Notes: generated by a model from the letters alone, not told the origin. A stretch of 64,000 bases of DNA from Oligoflexia bacterium (GCA_035326705.1 DAOLES010000002.1:58307-122306); one strand, 5' to 3'. Positions 19,351 through 29,311 are shown, counted from the stretch's first letter. Program-made: numbers and translations.

Positions 19351-19519
19351 TATGCGAAATCAGGAACTGATTGAGCACACGGGGATAAAAAAACACAAAC
19401 GACGATTTTTGTTTTTTAAGGGGGCGTGAGCCCCCTTGAAAGAGGGAGCGAAGCGGGAGCCAATGCTAGTACTTTTATTTGGGTTAAATTTATGGCTGTA
19501 TAGAAAGAGATTGGGATAG
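19290..19519 (+). mobile_element. short two-hairpin element flanked by a 61-bp direct duplication of the upstream gene's 3' end
   Basis: Direct repeats 19290-19350 and 19459-19519 differ at 4 positions, all synonymous in the gene's frame. Between them lies a 108-bp insert containing a conserved ~87-nt core (19372-19458) with two hairpins. Confidence 0.5.
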
Positions 19520-19567
19520 ATGACCCATATTATTTGCCTGGTTCATATATGTATGGAGGATTAATCC

Positions 19568-20995
19568 GTGTTGAAAAAAATTGTAATTGCTTTTTTGGTT
19601 TTGATTGGGCTGATTGTTTTAAATTGGTGGAATGTTAAACAATCAGAAAAAAAAGAAGCTATCAAAGAACAGCAAGAGTTACTGCTAAATATAAAAAAAC
19701 AGAATATTACAAAAATAGCTGTATCAAATAGTCAGGGTCAATGGCAGTTGCTGAAAAGATCCCAAGAACCAGGTGGAAAGTACTCAGACGATTTAGCAGG
19801 TTTTGCCAGTGAATTTGATGTGCAGCCACAATGGTTACTTAAATGGGATGATAATACATACTTAGCAAATCAAAATCAGGTGGATGTTTTGTTGGATGAT
19901 TTAACACAAGCAAAAAAAGATAAGTACATTGCTAAAGGTAATGAAAAATTTTCTAGTTATGGCATTGTTAAAGAAAAGTCAGAGATAAAAATTTATGAGG
20001 GTGATTTACACGAGCTTAAAGAAACTTTGCTCACAGGGGATCTCAATACAATGGGTAGCTCGCTTTATGTGGCAAATGGCAATCAAGATATATTTTTAAG
20101 TGACCAAAGACTCAAAGACTCTCAAACTAAACAAACATCTGATTATATCCATAAAAATATGGTAGGTTTTGATGACCCGCAAAAAATTAGTTTAAAAAAT
20201 ATTTCTGGCACCTATGAGTTGATTAAAAAAAATGATCAGTGGCATATCTCTTCACCCATCAAAATTTTAGCGGACACATTGTTTGTTGAGGGTATGTTGA
20301 ATCATTTAAAAAATTTTGAAATAGATGAAGTTTTAGAAAATCGTGAATTTTCAAATTTAATTAAAGAAACCTTGCTTAAAAAGGCAGACTTCTTTTTTGA
20401 AATCACAGATAAAACAAAAGTTAAAAAGTTATATATCAATGAATCCGTGCCTAAAGGCGGGTCAAATACGTCTTACCATGCATTTATATATAGAGATGGA
20501 TTGCCCTTTGTGTTTAAGAAAAGCCCCATTAAACCCGGACACTTTTATTACACTTTAAGAGATTTAGCTGTGAAAAAAGTTTTTTCAGTCAATGCCAGTG
20601 AGGTTCAAAATTTTAAAATTATTCAAAACAATAAAACTAAAAATTTTGTTCAGAAAGATAATCAGTGGATTGAAGAAAAAAGTGTGGGTAGCAGTGAATT
20701 GAATGAGTTTGTTCCAAGTCATGCCTTATTTGCACTTAAGGCAAAAAAGTTTTTAAAACAAGATAAAAATAAAAACTTAACAGTTGACTATGCAATCAGT
20801 GTTATTGATAGCAATGGTCAAGAACAAACACTGCTAGTGTACAAAGAACCCTATAAACAAAACAACTTAAGCTTTACTCAGGTATACAGTTCAGCGCACA
20901 ATGCTCAATTGTTGTTTGACATAAAACAGCTTGATATTATATCTGATGCAGTAAACAATGTAATGAATGCGAATAAAAAGGAGAGTAAGAAATGA
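19568..20995 (+). CDS. DUF4340-like protein (commonly associated with GldG-type transporters)
   Basis: 475 aa, N-terminal TM anchor, Lys-rich. Sits downstream of the GldG-like gene; family assignment from memory. Confidence 0.45.
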   Translation: MLKKIVIAFLVLIGLIVLNWWNVKQSEKKEAIKEQQELLLNIKKQNITKIAVSNSQGQWQLLKRSQEPGGKYSDDLAGFASEFDVQPQWLLKWDDNTYLANQNQVDVLLDDLTQAKKDKYIAKGNEKFSSYGIVKEKSEIKIYEGDLHELKETLLTGDLNTMGSSLYVANGNQDIFLSDQRLKDSQTKQTSDYIHKNMVGFDDPQKISLKNISGTYELIKKNDQWHISSPIKILADTLFVEGMLNHLKNFEIDEVLENREFSNLIKETLLKKADFFFEITDKTKVKKLYINESVPKGGSNTSYHAFIYRDGLPFVFKKSPIKPGHFYYTLRDLAVKKVFSVNASEVQNFKIIQNNKTKNFVQKDNQWIEEKSVGSSELNEFVPSHALFALKAKKFLKQDKNKNLTVDYAISVIDSNGQEQTLLVYKEPYKQNNLSFTQVYSSAHNAQLLFDIKQLDIISDAVNNVMNANKKESKK

Positions 20996-21381
20996 GCAAT
21001 AATGAAGAGCAAGAAAAGTCTTACACTATCAATGATAGACGTGGGCAAGAGAAAGTAAAAGCAAAAGAAGAAAAGTCAGTGAATCAAACAGAAAACAAAA
21101 CTGAACCAAGCGCACAAGAAACACAAAATAATCCCACAATTAATTTTACTTCTTTTGTTTTGTCTATCAGTACGTCTGCTCTTGTTCAAATGGGCTTGAT
21201 TCCAGATCCAGTCAGCAATGAAACGCAAAAAAATATGCCTTTGGCCAAGCAGCAAGTGGATATCTTAGAAATGTTGTACCAAAAAACCCAAGGCAATTTA
21301 GATGAGAATGAAGACAAGCTCATGCAACAAGTGTTGTATGAATTGCGCATGCGGTATGTGGAAGTGAAAGATAAAAAATAA
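20992..21381 (+). CDS. small conserved protein, DUF1844-like
   Basis: 129 aa. Start overlaps the previous stop (ATGA). Has a central hydrophobic segment followed by a D..E.L.....GNL.....L.....L..RY motif. Confidence 0.4.
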   Translation: MSNNEEQEKSYTINDRRGQEKVKAKEEKSVNQTENKTEPSAQETQNNPTINFTSFVLSISTSALVQMGLIPDPVSNETQKNMPLAKQQVDILEMLYQKTQGNLDENEDKLMQQVLYELRMRYVEVKDKK

Positions 21382-21441
21382 AAAAGAACACCAATTTTTT
21401 GATGGTGTGATTTTTTAGCCATAGGGTATTGTAATAGTTGT

Positions 21442-22968
21442 TTATGAACCATAGAATTGTTGGAATAAATGACTAATACGTTCTAGAATTTTTCTTTGAA
21501 CAGATGGGTCGCTTGGTCTATCATATCCGTATTCTCTATACATTGTGGTTGAATCAAATGTAGCGCTTTGATCAAAAACTTCAATGTATCCAGCTCCAAC
21601 AAAATTATAACCTTCTAAAAAGGGGTGTAATTGTCTATGGGTATGAACATGCTGTTCATTTCTATTTGGAGAAAAAAGGTATACCAATAAACTACCGTTT
21701 TCAGAATTTTGATAAGCAATGTATCTAGCAGAGGTTTCAGCTAGCATTGCATTAATAAGACCTTGTTCTGAGAATAAGTTTTCACTAACTATAAGTGTAT
21801 CTTTGTTATGAAAAGTGTTGCTTTGAATAACTCCGTTTTGGGAAGTTAACATAATTATAATATCACAAATTTTAGTGTTATATTGACTTGTGCCTTCAGA
21901 ACAGTTTTGTGCTTCTATACGAAGGGTATTTTGACTGTTGATGTCTCCAGATTTAGCTTTTTGAATGATATCAAAAATAGAGTCGTTAGTATCTCTGTAG
22001 GCTGCGCTTGGTAGGTTTATATTCAACCACCAACTTGGCCATTGATTAGAAAGCAAGGCGTTAGTTTTATTAACTTCAAATCCTAAAATTTTAACAACTT
22101 TGTTATTTAAGTTAGTATTTGCTAATTGCATGGCTTTGGCGGCAAAATAGAGACTTACACCAACTTCAGTTAAAGTAATAGCAGCTGTTGCTGTTGACAT
22201 TTCATAGGTGTTATTCAACTTTGTTGCGTAGACAGTGATATCATTAAGGTTAGAAAAAATAAGGTCAATTGTACTAAAAGAATAGTGATAAAGACCACCT
22301 TGAATTTTATAAGGAACATTTTGTTTAATGGCTTCATTGAGTTGATGACCTAAAACATAATGATGACCATAAACCTGCATATGTTTAAGCTGACTGATTT
22401 TTTCAGAACTTGTCAATGTGGTATCTTCAATAACTGAATGAAATGCATCTATATTATATTGGCCATAGCCTTCATGCATATAAATAATACGCTGTTCTGA
22501 GTTATCTAAAGCAGCAGCCAAAGTGAATGGAACATAATTTTGAACAACAGATTCAATCCCTACACCAGATTGTACCCAGCCGCTACAGAGATCTCTTACA
22601 CCTTCGCAAAAGTCTTCAAAACTTTGGGTTCTAAACCAATCTTTCATGCCTGGGTCTTGATTCATATTTGCAATAAACCTCATACCATTGATTGAACTTC
22701 CAGGTTTAACGTTGACGTGATCAAAGAAAAACACATTGTTGGCATTATCTAAAAAGGTTACCTTATTGCATACTAAGGAGGTATTTTTGTTGGTTAATGA
22801 TTGGTTATGGTGATACCAAGTCGGATTCGCCATGCTAATTGGAATGCAATCAGAGAACATTACCTCTGCTTTTAATGCAGGACCATGTTGATACTGGCTA
22901 TAAGCAGTATTAGAAATTGATAAAAATAACAAAAAGAGCAAACATAGGCGCAAGCGTTTATTAAACAT
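21442..22968 (-). CDS. secreted hypothetical protein
   Basis: 508 aa, signal peptide, several His-rich motifs. No confident family. Confidence 0.45.
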   Translation of the reverse strand: MFNKRLRLCLLFLLFLSISNTAYSQYQHGPALKAEVMFSDCIPISMANPTWYHHNQSLTNKNTSLVCNKVTFLDNANNVFFFDHVNVKPGSSINGMRFIANMNQDPGMKDWFRTQSFEDFCEGVRDLCSGWVQSGVGIESVVQNYVPFTLAAALDNSEQRIIYMHEGYGQYNIDAFHSVIEDTTLTSSEKISQLKHMQVYGHHYVLGHQLNEAIKQNVPYKIQGGLYHYSFSTIDLIFSNLNDITVYATKLNNTYEMSTATAAITLTEVGVSLYFAAKAMQLANTNLNNKVVKILGFEVNKTNALLSNQWPSWWLNINLPSAAYRDTNDSIFDIIQKAKSGDINSQNTLRIEAQNCSEGTSQYNTKICDIIIMLTSQNGVIQSNTFHNKDTLIVSENLFSEQGLINAMLAETSARYIAYQNSENGSLLVYLFSPNRNEQHVHTHRQLHPFLEGYNFVGAGYIEVFDQSATFDSTTMYREYGYDRPSDPSVQRKILERISHLFQQFYGS

Positions 22969-23168
22969 CGTTTTTTTCCCCCGAACGTGTTTTAAATTGA
23001 TCTGTAAAGACTACTTCTTTACAGATGGAGCAGGCTTCTAAATCATTACAATTGTTTTTTCAACTATTTCCCCCATAGAAATAAGTTTTCCCTTTTAGCA
23101 TAGTTTGTTACGCATTGCAATATAAAAATTAATGTTGACGGCCCTCAAAATGCGCTTTTATTAATGTT

Positions 23169-25754
23169 ATGGACATACAAAAATTTACAGTGGCATTAAG
23201 AGATGTAATTGCTAAGGCAGCTCAATACACCCAAAGCTTAAAGCAGCAAAGTGTTGAAATAGAGCATGTATTACATTTTTTGTTGGAAAACCCACAAGGA
23301 ATGTATGTAAAAGTTTTAGAGCAGTTGGGGGCAGATTTGTCCCGGCATCAGCAGCAAATCAAGCAAACCATAGATGGTTTTGTTAGGGTGGAAGGCTCTC
23401 AAACGCAACCGGCTTTATCTGGTCCATTGTTTCAATGCTTAAGTGATGCTGAGAAAATTAGAGATAATAATAAAGAATCTTTTTGTTCAACTGAGCATTT
23501 TTTACAAGCAGCACTGAAAAATGATAATTTTAAGCAGTATTTAACGACATTGAATATTAAACATGAAGATTTTTTACAAACGATTATCACCAATAAAGGA
23601 GATCATAAAGCCATGACTGAAAATGCAGAAAGCCAATACCAAAGCCTGCAACAATATACGCAAGATTTAACAGCAATCGCCAAAGAAAAAAAATTAGATC
23701 CGGTGATTGGTAGAGATACTGAGATTAGAAGAATTATCCAGGTTTTGTCTCGGCGAAGTAAAAACAATCCAGTTCTTATAGGTGAACCCGGTGTGGGTAA
23801 AACGGCAATTGCTGAGGGCCTTGCCCAGAGAATAGCCAGTAATGATGTGCCAGAGACTTTAAAAAATAAAAAACTTTTATCTTTAGATTTAGGAGCAATG
23901 ATCGCTGGAGCAAAATACAGAGGTGAATTTGAAGATAGACTCAAAGCTGTTTTAAAAGAAATTAAAAGCTCTAATGGTGAAGTCATACTATTTATTGATG
24001 AATTGCATACCATTGTTGGTGCAGGTGCCAGTGAAGGTGCGGTTGATGCCTCCAACTTGCTTAAGCCATCTTTAGCCAGAGGCGAATTAAGATGCATTGG
24101 CGCAACAACTTTAAAAGAATATAAAAAGTATATTGAAAAAGATGCCGCTTTGGAACGACGTTTTCAACCGGTTTATGCCGGAGAACCCAGTGTGGAAGAT
24201 GCAATATCCATTTTACGTGGGCTTAAAGAAAAATACGAGGTTCATCATGGAGTCAGGATTGCAGATAACGCAATTATTGCGGCAGCAAAACTTTCCAATA
24301 GATACATTACCGATAGATTTTTGCCAGATAAAGCTATTGATTTAATGGATGAAGCTGCCAGTCGTTTGCGGATTGAGATTGATTCTGTGCCCACAGAAAT
24401 TGATGTTAAACAAAGAAAAAAAATTCAGTTAGAAATTGAGCAAGAAGCTTTAAAAAAGGAAAAAGATGCCCACTCAAAAGATAGGTTAGACAATGTCAAA
24501 GCATCTATAAAAGAATTAAGTGATGAAATCAGTCAATTGCAAGCAGTGTGGAGCAAGGAAAAAAGTGTTATTACTGAGATTCAAAACATCAAAGCAAGCT
24601 TAGATGGCAAACGTGCCCAAGTACAAACAGCAGAAGAGCAGGGTGATTTGTCATTGGCTGCAAAGTTAAAATATGGAGAAATTCCAGAATTAGAAAAAGA
24701 GCTTGAAGTTAAAAACGCGCATTTAAAAGAGATACAACAAAACAATCCTATGCTTAAAGAAGAGGTTGAAGAAGAAGATATTGCAAAAGTGGTATCCCTA
24801 TGGACGGGCATTCCTTTATCCAGCATGTTGGATAGTGAGAAAGAGCGTTTAAAAAATATGCAGGCTATTTTGAATGAAAAAGTTGTGGGTCAAGATCATG
24901 CGTTGGAAGTTTTAACCAAAGCCATCAAACGCTCAAGGGCAGGCATAGCTGACCCCAATAAGCCTATGGGTTCTTTTATGTTTTTAGGACCAACAGGTGT
25001 TGGTAAAACTGAGACGGCAAAAGCACTGGCTGACTTTTTATTTCATGACGAACATGCTTTATTAAGAATAGATATGTCTGAGTACATGGAAAAACATTCG
25101 GTTGCTCGATTAATTGGAGCACCTCCGGGCTATGTGGGTTATGAAGAAGGAGGAAGGTTGAGTGAAGCTGTGAGACGTAGACCTTACGCGGTTATTTTAT
25201 TTGATGAAATAGAAAAAGCCCACCCGGATGTCTTTAATGTGTTTTTACAGATTTTAGATGAAGGTAGATTAACGGATGGCCAAGGCAGAACAGTGGATTT
25301 CAAGAATACAGTTTTGATTATGACGTCTAACTTGGCGGGCAAAGAGATTTTAGCAGCAGGTGAAGACAATACAAAGATCAATGATACAGTCATGCAAGTT
25401 TTAAGAGAGTTTTTTAAACCAGAATTCTTAAATAGAGTAGATGATTTTATTATTTTTAATGCCTTAAACCCTGAACAAATAGAGCATATTGTGGATATTC
25501 AAATCAAACGTCTACAGACTCGCTTGGCAGAAAAAAATATAAAAATAAAAATTTCTGATACTGCTAAACAACAGCTGGCAAAAGAAGGATTTGACCCCCT
25601 TTATGGGGCAAGGCCACTTAAAAGAGTTATACAACAAAAAATTGAAAACCCCTTGGCAGAAAAAATTTTAGATGAAGAAATTTTGCCTGGTAATCAAGTG
25701 ATTTTGGATTACATAGGTGACAATTTTAAGTTTAATGCACCAACAGTACATTAA
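23169..25754 (+). CDS. clpB: ATP-dependent chaperone ClpB
   Basis: 861 aa. Clp N-domain; two AAA+ modules (GEPGVGKT, GPTGVGKT) separated by the long coiled-coil middle domain typical of ClpB rather than ClpA; sensor/D2 small domain at the C-terminus. Confidence 0.95.
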   Translation: MDIQKFTVALRDVIAKAAQYTQSLKQQSVEIEHVLHFLLENPQGMYVKVLEQLGADLSRHQQQIKQTIDGFVRVEGSQTQPALSGPLFQCLSDAEKIRDNNKESFCSTEHFLQAALKNDNFKQYLTTLNIKHEDFLQTIITNKGDHKAMTENAESQYQSLQQYTQDLTAIAKEKKLDPVIGRDTEIRRIIQVLSRRSKNNPVLIGEPGVGKTAIAEGLAQRIASNDVPETLKNKKLLSLDLGAMIAGAKYRGEFEDRLKAVLKEIKSSNGEVILFIDELHTIVGAGASEGAVDASNLLKPSLARGELRCIGATTLKEYKKYIEKDAALERRFQPVYAGEPSVEDAISILRGLKEKYEVHHGVRIADNAIIAAAKLSNRYITDRFLPDKAIDLMDEAASRLRIEIDSVPTEIDVKQRKKIQLEIEQEALKKEKDAHSKDRLDNVKASIKELSDEISQLQAVWSKEKSVITEIQNIKASLDGKRAQVQTAEEQGDLSLAAKLKYGEIPELEKELEVKNAHLKEIQQNNPMLKEEVEEEDIAKVVSLWTGIPLSSMLDSEKERLKNMQAILNEKVVGQDHALEVLTKAIKRSRAGIADPNKPMGSFMFLGPTGVGKTETAKALADFLFHDEHALLRIDMSEYMEKHSVARLIGAPPGYVGYEEGGRLSEAVRRRPYAVILFDEIEKAHPDVFNVFLQILDEGRLTDGQGRTVDFKNTVLIMTSNLAGKEILAAGEDNTKINDTVMQVLREFFKPEFLNRVDDFIIFNALNPEQIEHIVDIQIKRLQTRLAEKNIKIKISDTAKQQLAKEGFDPLYGARPLKRVIQQKIENPLAEKILDEEILPGNQVILDYIGDNFKFNAPTVH

Positions 25755-25770
25755 TAGACTAAACAACAAT

Positions 25771-25802
25771 GCCTTTGTTTTTTTAAAACAAAGGCGTTTT
25801 TG
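25771..25802 (+). terminator. rho-independent terminator after clpB
   Basis: Stem GCCTTTGTTTT / AAAACAAAGGC with a short loop, followed by GTTTTTGG. Confidence 0.6.
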
Positions 25803-25902
25803 GTTAAATGATTAAAACCATTAAAATTTTTTAAAAAAATTTGTAAAAAAGTGCAATAAATAAACATTTAATAATGTTGTGCATAAAATATGCATAAGGG
25901 TA

Positions 25903-26427
25903 CTATAATTTTTTAAATTTTTTACGTTTTTGTCTTTCTTTTTTTGAGAGCTTTCTTGGGTTGCCTTTTTTTGATTTTTGTTTGTAGAGTTCATTAAGGT
26001 TTTCTCGGCCTTCATTCCATTCACCTTGTTTGAGTAAGTCTGCAAAACTTGTTTCAGTTTTTTGTTGTATGCGTTTGCTAAAGTCCTCTGAACTAATCCA
26101 ATCACAACTTATGCTTTGGGACGCCTGTTGTACTTTTCTATCTGAACTAACAACCAAAAAAGATGCAGACTTGTGCTTATGCGTATTTAAATAATCAGCA
26201 ATCCAATCATCGGCAATTTCTGTAATTGGCGTGTAAACAATCTCTAGACCTTTATAAAAATCTCGGTCACCACTGAAGGTTCCTTGATGAGTCCCATCAA
26301 ATACAACTAAAAAGCTATGTTGATGTTGAGTACTATTTTTATAATTAAATAGTGTTTCAATTAAGTCATCTCTATCTTGAAATCCCCCACAAAACATTAA
26401 ATTGTAACCATCAATGATAATTTTCAT
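25903..26427 (-). CDS. NYN-domain protein (YacP/Rae1-like RNase fold)
   Basis: 174 aa. Motifs IIDGYN, VVFDG and a conserved acidic residue pattern; Lys-rich C-terminal tail. Start overlaps the upstream gene's stop (ATGA). Confidence 0.55.
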   Translation of the reverse strand: MKIIIDGYNLMFCGGFQDRDDLIETLFNYKNSTQHQHSFLVVFDGTHQGTFSGDRDFYKGLEIVYTPITEIADDWIADYLNTHKHKSASFLVVSSDRKVQQASQSISCDWISSEDFSKRIQQKTETSFADLLKQGEWNEGRENLNELYKQKSKKGNPRKLSKKERQKRKKFKKL

Positions 26428-28109
26428 GATGTGTTAGGAAGATAAGGTTTTAATTGTAATAAATTTAATAAGCGGTTGAATTCTTGTTCTATAATAGAGG
26501 CAGTTTGGGCAGAGTTGGGTTCAAATAACTTGTCTTGAATTTCATCATTGTGCTGGTATTGAATTTTCACAACATAGGTTTGATTATTTTGTTTGAGTTG
26601 AATTTGTTGAATATCACCATTATTCTTGCGCTGGATAAGTATATCGCTTGTTCTATCATGAACTCTTAGGAGATCACCATGCATGTCGTAATCAGCTTCT
26701 ACTAGGGTTTGGTTATTTTTTTTAATAAGTTTAGGTAAATGTTCTGAGTTGTAATTGATATTGAGAGTGGTTTTACCTTTTTGAATACTACTAATTAAAT
26801 CAATATCGTTATAGGTATAAAAAACATTTTCATCTTTAGTTGACTGGAGTTCAATAAGGTTTTGTTTGTTTTTATCATAGATATAAGTTTCGCCTTGACC
26901 CTTTTTATCTTTAATTGAGCTTAGTTTTCCACAGCAGGCAAGGGTTGTTTTTATTTGTTCTGTACCATCAGGAGCAGTATAAATGCTTTGGTTTTTTGCT
27001 GGTATAAAAGTATAGCTATGAGATTGTTTTTGCTCATCAGTTATACGTGTAATGTTTTTTCCACGATAACTTGTGTATGTGTATGAGTTTTTATTTTTGC
27101 CAGGACCATGATGTTCTGCAACTTTACCTGAGTTTTGATCGTAAACAATTTTGATGGTTTCAGAGGGGAATTCAATACCAGTTAAACGAAAAAATTTGTC
27201 ATACTTAAAATTAAGAGATTGACCATCCATGCCAGTAAAGCGAGACAAGGTGTTTTTAATATTTTGGTCATCATAGCTATAGTGTACAGTTTTATTGTGT
27301 GAGCTTTGTATTGATTTTATTCTGTTTTTCTTATCATAATTGATATTGACATACTGTCCGCAAGAATCGCGAATGGTTTTTAACAGGCCATTGTTGTATA
27401 TATAGCGAATAAAAGTGTTATGTCTGTTTTTTTCTAAAATTAATTCTCCATTGGTATTGTATTCTTCAGTATCGCCATTGATGAATGTTCGTTTGAAACC
27501 GTTTTTATGTTGACTCAGAGTAGAACTTTTACGATCTTGAGATACAAAAACAGAATTATTGGTGGTGATGGTGTTGGGTTGGTAACGTTGAAGTTGAGTT
27601 AAGAAATAATCATGTTCATTGAGCATTTTTTCTTTTAACTCTGAGTAATGTTGATCTCCATTGCCCTTGGGATTGCCGGTATGTTCTATGTCTAGATTTT
27701 TTTTTCTCTTAATGATGGCATCAACACTTTTTTCTTTATCGCTGATGAGTGATTCTAAATAAAATTGACTAACATAACCGTCAGCTTCAATGAGCTCTAA
27801 ACTTATATTAGAAACAGGTATAATTTTTCTTTCAAGGTTAGACAGCCAAGATTTACCAAACAAACCGGACTGACGATACAAGCTATTGTAGCTTCTCTGT
27901 ATTGAAAGTGTCATTTGATGGCATTGTTTTTGATAATCTTGAACAGTAAAGAAAAAATTGCCTGTTTGAGGATTAACGCCGGCAAACAACTTGAAAGTTG
28001 TAAATATAATACTTATGAGAACCCATTTTTTCATAAAAACTACCCCATTATAAATTGAATACCAAGGCTTGCCAAGTCTAAGTTTATAGGTAGCTAAAAA
28101 TTGATACAA
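26424..28109 (-). CDS. secreted/membrane-anchored YD-repeat (RHS-like repeat) protein
   Basis: 561 aa. N-terminal hydrophobic segment, then multiple YD-type repeats (HYSYDDQN, FKYDKFFRL, IVYDQNSGK, TYIYDKNKQNL, FYTYNDIDL, ADYDMHGDL). No recognisable C-terminal toxin domain. Confidence 0.55.
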   Translation of the reverse strand: MYQFLATYKLRLGKPWYSIYNGVVFMKKWVLISIIFTTFKLFAGVNPQTGNFFFTVQDYQKQCHQMTLSIQRSYNSLYRQSGLFGKSWLSNLERKIIPVSNISLELIEADGYVSQFYLESLISDKEKSVDAIIKRKKNLDIEHTGNPKGNGDQHYSELKEKMLNEHDYFLTQLQRYQPNTITTNNSVFVSQDRKSSTLSQHKNGFKRTFINGDTEEYNTNGELILEKNRHNTFIRYIYNNGLLKTIRDSCGQYVNINYDKKNRIKSIQSSHNKTVHYSYDDQNIKNTLSRFTGMDGQSLNFKYDKFFRLTGIEFPSETIKIVYDQNSGKVAEHHGPGKNKNSYTYTSYRGKNITRITDEQKQSHSYTFIPAKNQSIYTAPDGTEQIKTTLACCGKLSSIKDKKGQGETYIYDKNKQNLIELQSTKDENVFYTYNDIDLISSIQKGKTTLNINYNSEHLPKLIKKNNQTLVEADYDMHGDLLRVHDRTSDILIQRKNNGDIQQIQLKQNNQTYVVKIQYQHNDEIQDKLFEPNSAQTASIIEQEFNRLLNLLQLKPYLPNTS

Positions 28110-29200
28110 TGTTGAGTGACAAATGTAGGGTCAGCAACAATTGTTTCTTTAGGTTTTTGAAAATAGTGGGCTAAAACAGTAGCAAGCCCAGGTACATTTA
28201 ACCCTTCGCCGTGAAGATATAAACTGTTTATGTCATGAGGTAATATTTTGTTTTTTAAAAAAAAAGCGTCCATTTCTTTTAAAAAAACAGAACTGTTTTG
28301 CTGAACAAATTGCCCATATTCATCACGTTGGATGTTAAAGTTAAAATCATGAAGACCATATTCATTTGAGTAACAAAGGGCTGGAATAAAAGCTTTTAGT
28401 GTGTGGTGTTGATTTAGACCATGCCTTATATGGCTTGCAGCATAGAATAGTTGATTACGTTGATAAGCATTAAAAGAAACATTATATGGTGCTATTGACT
28501 TTATAAATTGATGTTTTAATTTTTCTAAAAAAGCTAAATCTAAACGATAGATGTTTTGTGTAAACAAATGATAATACAGTTCATTGGTTTTAACATTATG
28601 ATAATACAAATAAGGCTTTGTATAGTTTGTAAAAAGATGAACTTGTTTTTTTTGTGGGATATCCGTTGATGCTGATTGTTGCAGAATGATGTTTTTGGAA
28701 CTGCGAGGAGTTACTTTACAGTTAAAACTATTTTCTAGGAGTGTTTTTAATATATTTTTAAGAAAGCTGCTTTGGTGTTCAGGGGCGTGTAAGTTTATTG
28801 TGGTAACAGGCTTTGCCAATTGTTTGTATATCGTTTGAGATAGGAGCTTGAAATAGTTTTGAAAAATAGTATGAAATAAAAGAGGTTCATTAAAAGTCTC
28901 TAAACCAATACATTTATTATTATCAAAAATGAAGTGTTCAGGGAAGGTGTGCAAAAAAAATGGATCTACGCTTTGTTTTTCAACTCCCCAGATTAATTCA
29001 TAAGGAATAAAGTTAGCATTAAAATCAATTGGAGTTTTTTTATTAAAAACATAATTGTTGGTAGATGATGAAAAATCGATATCAATACGATTGTTTTGTT
29101 TTTGTCCTGGGATATCAATAGAGCAAAATTGTTTTTGATGAACAGCATAGATATCAATATGGCTGGTTTGAATATCGATTCCCAGTGAAACACCTTGCAT
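28094..29200 (-). CDS. hypothetical protein with possible actin-like ATPase (PilM/FtsA-like) fold
   Basis: 368 aa. N-terminal GIDIQTSHIDIYAV and C-terminal LYLHGEGLNVPGLATVLAHYF resemble phosphate-1 and adenosine motifs of actin-like ATPases, but are degenerate. Overlaps the downstream YD-repeat gene by 16 nt. Confidence 0.3.
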   Translation of the reverse strand: MQGVSLGIDIQTSHIDIYAVHQKQFCSIDIPGQKQNNRIDIDFSSSTNNYVFNKKTPIDFNANFIPYELIWGVEKQSVDPFFLHTFPEHFIFDNNKCIGLETFNEPLLFHTIFQNYFKLLSQTIYKQLAKPVTTINLHAPEHQSSFLKNILKTLLENSFNCKVTPRSSKNIILQQSASTDIPQKKQVHLFTNYTKPYLYYHNVKTNELYYHLFTQNIYRLDLAFLEKLKHQFIKSIAPYNVSFNAYQRNQLFYAASHIRHGLNQHHTLKAFIPALCYSNEYGLHDFNFNIQRDEYGQFVQQNSSVFLKEMDAFFLKNKILPHDINSLYLHGEGLNVPGLATVLAHYFQKPKETIVADPTFVTQHCINF

Positions 29201-29311
29201 GATGTTAAAGTAACATAGTTTTATGGAATATGAATAAAAAATAGCTCAAATTTCAGCTATAAACACTGTAAATTCATGTGCGGTTCATGTTTAGTGGTGT
29301 AGACTATTTTT

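Noticed and set aside
25821-26105. 94-aa ORF overlapping the 3' part of the NYN gene in another frame
   Set aside because: The NYN reading frame carries the recognisable domain motifs. The overlapping ORF is Lys/Asn-rich low complexity, consistent with an out-of-frame reading of an A-rich region.
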